NCBI GenBank assembly: GCA_020427345.1
Contig: JAGQOO010000001.1
Coordinates: 8,922-72,921, forward strand
Direction of reading: 5' to 3'
From: Phycisphaerales bacterium
GTDB lineage: Bacteria; Planctomycetota; Phycisphaerae; UBA1845; Fen-1342
DNA length: 64,000 nt
Below, piece after piece: positions 19,201 to 28,200 of this stretch (the stretch's first letter is position 1; every line of letters begins with the position of its first letter). The notes under the pieces were generated by a model. The model was not told the origin of the DNA, did not search any database, and was given only the letters and a program-made list of their open reading frames with translations. Both the position numbers and the translations under genes were made by a program.

Positions 19201-22200
19201 TGTACGACGACATTGTACGGCAAGCCGCGCGGCGCGAGGCCCGGCGGCTGAGGCGGCATGACGCCGCGATCGAAACTCTGCTGCGTGGATTCGGAAGGCG
19301 GCATCAGCGCCTTCTTGCCGTTGTCGAACATCGCCTGCACGAGCGTGGCGACGGTTTCCGCCTGCGCGTATTCGAGACGGTACGATTTGATTTCGATGTC
19401 GTGGGCTTCGGGCAGCGTGTCGAACACGCGGACGATCTCTTGCAACGCGTTGTTGTTCTCTTCCGACGAGAAGACCATCAGCGAGTTGGAGCTCGCGACC
19501 GGAAGAATCCGGATCGGCTTATCCAGATTCAGCGGCGGGAGCTCCGTGCCATCGCCCAGTGTCAGCAGTAGTTGTCGCAGCAGGCGCCCCTGCGCGTTGT
19601 CGCGGGCCAGGTCCGATTCGATCATCTGATTCAGGACCTCGGCGAGGTCCTCGGCGCGGTTGTTCTTCAACGGCAGGATGAGAATGCGACCGGTCGAAAA
19701 CGCGGCGACGGACTTGTCCTGCTCGATATCGACATCGATGCCCTTGAGCAGTTCTTCGACCTGATCAAGATGGGCGTCGGTGCCCACGATGATGACCTTG
19801 TTGGAGCGCGCATCCGCCGTCACGCTCGGCTGCTCGGCGGCGGGAATACCCTGATTCGTGTACAGGCGCTGCAGGATCGGCTCCAGCAGCGCGACGGCTT
19901 CGGCGGCACGGAGATTCTGAACGGCATAAACGCGAGTCGTGAATCCGATCTGCGAATCAACATCGAGGCGCTGAATCAGCGCTTCGATCCACGGCATGTT
20001 GCGCTCGGAGGCGGTCACGATCAGCGAATTGCTGCGCGACTCGGCGATGACGCTGAAGCGGTCGCCGCGATCGGGCGTATCGGTGCGCGTGCCGATGAAC
20101 TCGGTGATGGCGGTTGTGATGATCGGCTCGATCGCGGCCGCAGTCGTATTCTTGAGCTTGAACACGCGGATGTCGCCGGCCGATGAGGCCTGCTCCATCA
20201 GCGCGAGCATCTGCTTGACGAAGTCGATGTCGCGCCGATCGCCGGTGATCATCACCTGGCGACTGTCGATCGGCGTGACAACAACATCACCACGCAGCTG
20301 GCCGCTGATGCTCTGAAGCGGCGTGCCATCACTCGGCGCGGGCTCGGCGCCGGGCGCTTGGGTATCGTCCGCGACGAGTTCGGCGTCGTTCGGCTCATCG
20401 CCGGCGTCCTGCAACCACATCGTGGCGATGAAGCGACCGAACCCGCCGGCGCCGGCTTCAACACGCGGCTTTCCCGGCTCGGTCCGATTGCGCCGACCAC
20501 TGTTGGTCCGCGGCGTCGAGCGCGGGACGTTAACCGGGCGACTCGGCGTCGGGCTTGGCGGAGACGCGCTTGGGCTGGCGCTGGGCGTCGGCGCGGACAT
20601 TGACGAGCGCGGCGTGCGATTCCGCGTGCCGGAGCGCGGACGCACGGACGAGCCACTGGACGAGCGACCGGAGGTCGGGCGAATACTCGATGAGCTTCCG
20701 CCGCCGCCACCACCGCGACGGTTGTTCTGCATCTCGTTGATGCGATCCGCCGCCTCGGTCGAGCTGATGTTGGTCAGCTGGATGATGACGGTCTGGTAGT
20801 CGTCGGGGCGAATGTCGGCGAGCTGGCGAACAATGCCCTCAGCCATGCCGTACATCGCCGGATCGCCGTACACAAGCAGCGTGTTGGTCGTGTCGTCGGC
20901 TTCGATTGTGATGGTGCGGGCCTGGCGACCGGTGGCGTCGGCGCGAGCGCGCTCGCCGTCATTCAGCACGCGCTGCAACCGCCCCGCCAGCGAAACAGCA
21001 TCCTGCCCGAGCGGAATCTGGATGACACGCACGCCGTGCTGCTGCAGGTCCGGACTGTCAAACTCTTCGATCAGGCGCTGCGCTTTGCCGACCTGCGCCT
21101 GCGTGCCCCAGACAATGATCTTGTGACCATCGTCGTTCGGCGTGACAACCGCGGCTGTCAATCCCGTCGCCTCATCGAGCAAGTACGGCGTAATGCTCGA
21201 AACGACTTCGGACGGCAGCGCGTTCTTGACATCAAAGCTGGCGATTTCGCGACGGTTGGACGATTCCAGCACCTGAATGATCAGGTTGTCGACCTTGTCG
21301 ATGTCTTCCGATACGCCGAAGACCAGCACCGAATTCGTCGCGGGTTCGGCCACGGCCTGGACATCGAGGGTTTCACCGGAACCGCCGGAGCCGCCCGACA
21401 TCGCGGCCATCATCGGATTGCGCCCGCCGCCGCGTTGCATGGCGGCTTCGGCGCTGGCGCCGGAGGCGAAGTTGTTGATGGCGGCGGCGACGACGTCGGC
21501 GTTGGCTTCCTGGAGCGAAAAGACGCGGAAGGTCTTGCGCTGCGCCTCCGGGGTTTCTACATCGGCGACCGCGAGCAGCGTCTTGACGAAGGCGAACGTC
21601 TGCTCTGATCCCAGAACCGTGACGCTGTTCGTGCGCGTATCGGGCACGGCCGTAAAAGCGTCGATGTCAAGCCCGCCGCCGCCTTCGAGCTGTCTGGACA
21701 GCATCATGTACTTGGCGAAGGCCTGTTCGACCTGCGTCACAACTTCCTCGGCCCGCGCGTGTTTGAGCGGGAAGTTGCGAATCTCAAGGCCCATGCTGTT
21801 CTGATCGAGCACGAGCGCCATTTCACTCATCTGTTTGTAAATGTGATCCGGCGCGCGGACAAAGATCTTCTTGGCCGCCTGATCGCCGATCACCACGATG
21901 CGCCCCGTCATCGACGCGACCTGGCGCGAGCCGCCGCCGCGACGCTGACCGCCTTCGAGTTCCGAACCGCCGATGCCACCGAACATCTGCGCTAGTTTGT
22001 CGGCGAGCTTTTCGGGATTGGCGATATTGACCGGGATTTCGCGCACGTCGAGCTTGGCGAGTTCGTCGAGCCGCTTGGCCGTCGCAAGGATTTCACGCCG
22101 CGCGTCGCCCGGCCCCCACACGATGATGGAATTGGACACGGGGTCCGCGGATACGCGGATGTCGGTGAGCGGCACATCCGACCCGCGCCGACCGCCGCCC

Positions 22201-25200
22201 CGCGAACCGCCGCCGTAAATCTCCTGCGCGGTGCCGGCGATCGCCGTCGCGTCGCCGTACTGGCAGACATACGTTTCGGCCTCGGACATCGCGCCTTCGA
22301 TATCGACGGCGCGAATCTGCTCTTCGACGCGTGGCACGTCGCGCTCGCGACAGGAATAGACAATCGCGTTAATGCGGGCGTCGCCGGAGACCCAGACCGG
22401 GCCGATATCGCTCGGGCTGCCACCACGGCCGCGCGCGTCGCCACCGCCGCTGACATTCGCGAACAACTCGCTGAGCAATGGCAGGACGTCGCTGACCTTG
22501 GCGTTCTGCAGTTCAAAGCGGTTGACGACAATGACGCCGCCGGGCGTATCTTCGAGTTCCTTGATGGTGGCCTGAATCACGGCCATGACTTCGACCGGCG
22601 CGGACACGAGCAACGTGTTGGACTGGGCGTTGGGGACGATTTCCGTCGCTTCGATCTTGGCGGGTTCGAGGCCTTCGATCTTGACGGCGCGCGACTCCTC
22701 AACGTCCATGATCTGCGACCCGCCGCCGCGACTGCGGAGGTTATCCAGAGCGCGGGTGCTGCGACCGCCCTGGCGGCCGCCGAGACCGAGCGCGCCGTTT
22801 AGCGCGTCCGCGGCTTCTTCGGCGCCGATGTTCTCCAGCCGGAACAGGCGAATGATGACCTCGCCCGGCGGGATGTCGAGTTCGCGGAGAAGCGTGCGCA
22901 CTTCCGGCAGCAGCGACGCCTGGCACTTAACGATCAAGTAGTTGTTGCCCGGATCGGTGGCGATGCGCAGGCCACTTCCGCCGCCCGCCCCCGCCGCGGC
23001 TTGCTGCTGTTGCTGCATCACCTGTTGGAGCATCTGCTGCTGTTGCTGCTGCTGGCGGTCGTCTTCGCCGCCCTTGTCGCCGCCCTGCTGATTGCGCTGA
23101 TTGGGCAGTTGCGGGCGAACCTGCTGACGCGCGGCAGTGCGCTGGTTGAACATCATGTCGAGGATGCGCGAGGCGGTGTTCACATCGCCGTAGCGGAATT
23201 CGAAGATGCGAATGACTTCGCCTTCGTCGAGGTCTTCTTCAATGAGGTCGATCCTGTCTTCGAAATCGCGAACGGCCATCTCCGGGCCTTTGATCACAAA
23301 TGTGCCGTCGGGCATAGCGACAACCTGAACGCGTCCGTCCGGGCTGGTCGGCGGGCTTGAGCCCTGCACCACGTCACCCGCATTTCGCCCTTCGTCGGCG
23401 GCCTGAAGGTCAGCGCCTGCCGCCGCCGGCCCACTGTGCCATGCCGCAAATCGGGCCAGATCATTGTCTCTTGAAGCTGCGGAAGAAGTGGGTCCGGCAT
23501 TCGTTTTCTCTTCCTTCCGCGCGCCGGTTGGCTCAGTCCGAGCCCGCTTACGACGGATACGTTCAGGCACTTCGCCTTCGTCCCACAACGGTTCCACGAT
23601 CGACGGTCCGGTCTCGCTCACACCGCCAGTGGGCAGGATGACGTCAATGTCCGGGCTGTTCTGCGCGGAGAGCACGTCAAGAAATTGCCGCTGGCTCGCC
23701 TTCGGCTTGAACGTCTTGATGACGTAGCTCATTGGCGTAGCCGCTTCGATCTTGCGAACCATCTTCTCGATACGTTCAAACTCGTGGGGGTAACAGATCA
23801 CCTTGACCTGGTTGCCGGTCCACGTCGAATCGATCACAGGCCCGCCTTCGCTCTCCGGCGGGAACATGTCGGACACGTCATAAGCGATATCGAACGCGTC
23901 GCCGTTGACGATCTTGATGAAATACAACTCGCGATCGCCCAAACCGGTCGCGTCTTCGTCAGGAGCCTTGTCGAGTAGTTGCAGGTAGGTCTCGACCTGA
24001 CGCATCATCTGCTTGTTCGCGGACACAAGCAGTTCGTTCTTCCACTCGTCCGCCGTAATGGAGACCGAATCCGCGTCAGCGCCTTTGAACGGCGCCATCT
24101 GCGACAGCAACTCCTCCATCTGCGGAGCGCGCTTGTACTTCAACGCGAAAATCTGGAACTCGGGGACGGCGTTACTGCGCGTGTCGAGTTCCTTGATGAG
24201 TTCGTAGAGTTTTTGAATCTCTTCCTTGCGGCCTGAGAGAATGATCGAGTTACTTCCCGTGTCCGCCACAACGCGAACGGATGAATCACCGCTGCTCCCG
24301 AAGCCGGGGAAGAACCCGCGGCCGCCGCGACCGCGACCGCCGAAAAAGCCGCTGAACCCGCCCGAGCCGGTCGTCTGGCGCACGGTGTCGGCGATTTCCT
24401 CGGCTGAGCCGTTTTCGATCTCGATGATCTGCGTGATTTCGCCTTCGGACTGCGTGTCCATCATCTTGACGAGATCGTCGGCGAGGTCCTGCAACTGCGG
24501 CGGCGCGAAGACGACGACGCGGTTGTTGTCGGAATCCGGCACGACGGACGTCGGAATGCCCTGTGCGCCGCCGCGGCGGCCGGCGGGCGACTCCATCGCT
24601 TTCGCGCGCAACATCTGATCGAGGCTTTGCGCGACGATCTCAGCCTTGGCGAACTTCAACTCATAACTGCGGGCCTCGGCCGTATCCGGCTTCTTCATCT
24701 CGATCTTGGTGATCATCGAATCGATGAAGGGCAGATTCCGCGCGGGGGCCATGACGATCAGCGTATTCGTTGTCGGCTCGGCGAAGGCGCCGGGCTGCAA
24801 CTGGCCACGCCGCTGCGTCTGCCCCATCGAGCGCAGGAAGAACTGCACCTGCATCGCGACCTGCGTCGCGTCGAGCACTTCCAGATCGTACGTCTTGATC
24901 TGAATGTTCTGCTCGTCCGGCTTGTCGATCATGTCGACGAGCGCCCGAATCTGCTCCAGCGAAGCCTCCGGCGCGCGGACGATCAGCGTGCCGTTCGCCG
25001 GGCGCACCTGCACGAGCTGATTTTCGCGCGTCTGACCGCGACGCGAAGCCCCGAAGATCTCATTGATCGTCTGCGAGACTTCCCACGGATCAGCGTTGAC
25101 CAGCGGGATCGACACCCATGGCGTGTCATCCTGCGCGGCGCTGGCGTCGAGTTCGGCGACAAGGGCCTTGACCTCGTCCATCTTGGCCGCGGGCGCCTGC

Positions 25201-28200
25201 ACAACCAGCGTCGAACCGCCGCCGACTGGATAAAACGCGTATTCGGTATTGGCCTTTTTGCCGGTTTGCCGCGAGTTGTATTTCCCGTTCAGGACGTTGA
25301 TGAGCTCGTATGGGTTCATGATGTTGTGCAGCTCAACGGTATCGAGCAGGATCGACGTGTTGGCGGCGCGCTCGTCGAGCGCCTTCGCCCACGATTCGAT
25401 ATCGTTGAAATCTTCATCCGCGCCGGAAACGATGATCGAGTTGGTCATCGGCTCGGCGCTGATCTGCAACGTGCGTTTCGTGCGGATTTGCTCGCGGAGG
25501 ACTTGCTGCAGCACATTGAAGACGTGCTGCGCATCGGCATTGGCCAGCTCGATCGTTCGAATCTGATTCGTCTTGGTCGCGGTCTGATCGAGTTCCTGAA
25601 TCAACTCCTCGGCCATCGACATCGCGTAGCGCGGCGCGTTGACGAGCACGTTGTTCAACCGTGTATCGACGCTGACGTTGATCAGACTCGCCGCGGCACG
25701 ACCGCGCGTATACCCCACGCGGACGTTCAGCTGGTTACGCAACTGATCGGCGACGTATGCGGCTTCAGCGTTATCAATGTGGAAGTTGCGGCGGATCGGC
25801 TCAACGTCTTCGGACTTGGCGACAAACTCGTTGACGAGGCGCTCGATTTCGGGGAACTCGTCGCGCGGCGCGCTGACAATCAGCGTGCCGGTCGTCGCGT
25901 CAGACGACACAACGCGGCGGAGCTTATCCGGACGAGCCGGGGCATTGCCGAGCACGCGCTCCAGATTGCGGGCCAGGTCGCTGACGTCCATACCCGCGAC
26001 CGCAAAGGTCTTCACCTCGACCGGCGTCTCGGGCGCGCCCTTTGACTCTACGTCGTACTGGGACAGCAGCGAGAGCCCCATCTGCACCGCGACCTGCGGG
26101 GCGTTGAGGATCACGCGATTGGTGCGGTCGTCGCCGGTAACGCGAATCAGCCGGGCAACGGTTGATCCGAATTGACGCTCAACGGCGGGCGTCAGCTGAT
26201 CGCGCAGCCAGTTCGCCGCGTCATTCGCGTTCGCGTGCTCGAGTGTTCGGAACTCGATCTGCTGTTCGATTTCCTCGCCGATCGCCTGATACTCGGTCAA
26301 GAGTCGCTCCGCCTCGGCGAGCGTCGATCGGCTGGCGGTGACGAGGATGGTCTCGGTGGTCGGGTCGGCCTCAAAGCGGGCGACGACATTCGGCTGCTGC
26401 CGCGACTGCTCGCGGAAGGCGTTATTCAGGCGGCTCGCGATCGAACTAACGCTCTGCCCCTGCCCGGGCAGGCGGATGGTCTTGATGACAATGTCCTGAC
26501 CGGCGGGATCGTCGAGTTTGGCGATCAGCGCTTCGATGGCGGGGAACTTGTCCACCGGCGCCTCGACGACCAATTGCGGACCGGAGTCGAACGCCTGGAC
26601 GCGCGAGTCGGACGCGCCGCGATTGCGACCACGACCGCCGCCGCCGCCACCGTGCAGGCTCATGATGGCGCTGGCGACTTCGCGCGGGTTGCTGAACTTG
26701 GGCGTGTAGTAGCGCGTTTCGGGCTGCTGCTCGGCGACGCGCTGTTCGTAGTCGGTCACGAACGCGCGCACTTCGTCAACCGTGCTTGTATTCGCGCGGA
26801 TGATCAGCGAGTTTGTCGCGGGCTCGGCCTCGATGCTCGGACCGGAGCCGCCGCCCTGACCGCGCCTTCGGCCGCGCGCGTCTTCGGGCAGCAACATCTG
26901 GGCGTACTGTGCGACTTCGGCGGCGTCCGCATAGGCCAGGGGAATAATGACCAGCGGAGCGCCGTCAGGCTCGACATCGAGTTGCTGTACCAGCGATATC
27001 ATTTCGTCGATGGCGGGCTGAACGGCGCGGACCATGATGTCGCCGTTCTCGGTCACTGTGATTTCGGAATTCGAACGACCGAGCGTCGGGTGCTGATATT
27101 GGCGGAAAAACCGTTCGAGCGTATCCGCGATCGACTGGGCGTTGCCCTTTTCGATCTGGAACGTGTGCGTCACGGGCATGTCGCTGACGGCTTTGGCGTC
27201 GAGGTCACGGATCACCGGCTCGACATCCTCGGTCCATTCATCATCCGTGCACACCACGATGAGCAAACCGGCTTCGTCCAGCGGAATGACCTGCGACGTC
27301 GGCGCAGCTTTGGAAGGCGCTCGGCGTCCACCGCGACCGCGCGGCGCCGCGCTGCCCGCATTTCCCGACAGAATCGGGTTGATCACCTGAGCCACACGGC
27401 TAGGCGTGACGTTGACCAGTTCGACGACATGCCGGTTCTGTCGCTGATCTTCGGGGATTTCGATATCGAGATCGCGGATGACCTCGGCGACGCGGGTCAT
27501 GTCCTCGCGATCGGCGACAACATGCAGCGCGTTCTGACGCGTATCGGCGACAATCGAGGGGCCGCGCGCTCCGCCGCCGCGCGCCCGTTGCGGCGCGGCG
27601 CCCTGGACAATCTGCTGTACCAGCGGCTCGATCTCGGTCGCGTCAGCGTACTTGAGTTCGAACGTCTGAACGTTGCTGGCGACTGGCTGGTCGATGCCTT
27701 CGAGCAACTCGTCGACGCGCTTGTGGCCGTCGTCCGTCGCATAAACGACGATCGCGTTACGGCGGGCGTCGGGGACGATGCGCACCGTCTTCTTGGCCTT
27801 TTCGAAAACGTCTTCGACGATAATGTCTTCGGGGTTGGCCTGATTCTGCTGCGCCGGCTGGTTCGGCTGACGCCTTACGGTGCGACCGCGCTGCGGAACC
27901 GGGCGTCCGGGCGTGCGAGACTCGCCCTGCTCCTGCTCGAAAATCTGGTTCAGCAGGTTGGCCACTTCTTCGGCGTCGGCGTATTGGATGACCTTGACCT
28001 TGGTCGTGAACTCGCCGATCTCGGGTTTCACGTCCACCTGCTCGATGAACGATTCAACTTCTTTCAATTCTTCAGGCGTGCCCTTGGCGATAATGCTGTT
28101 TGTTCGCGTGTCGGCGATGATCTTGAGCGTGTCAAAGCTCTCCTGGTCCATCTGCTGCGCGGCGGGTTGCGGCTGGCTGCGCTGCGTCGTGGCGCGCGTG

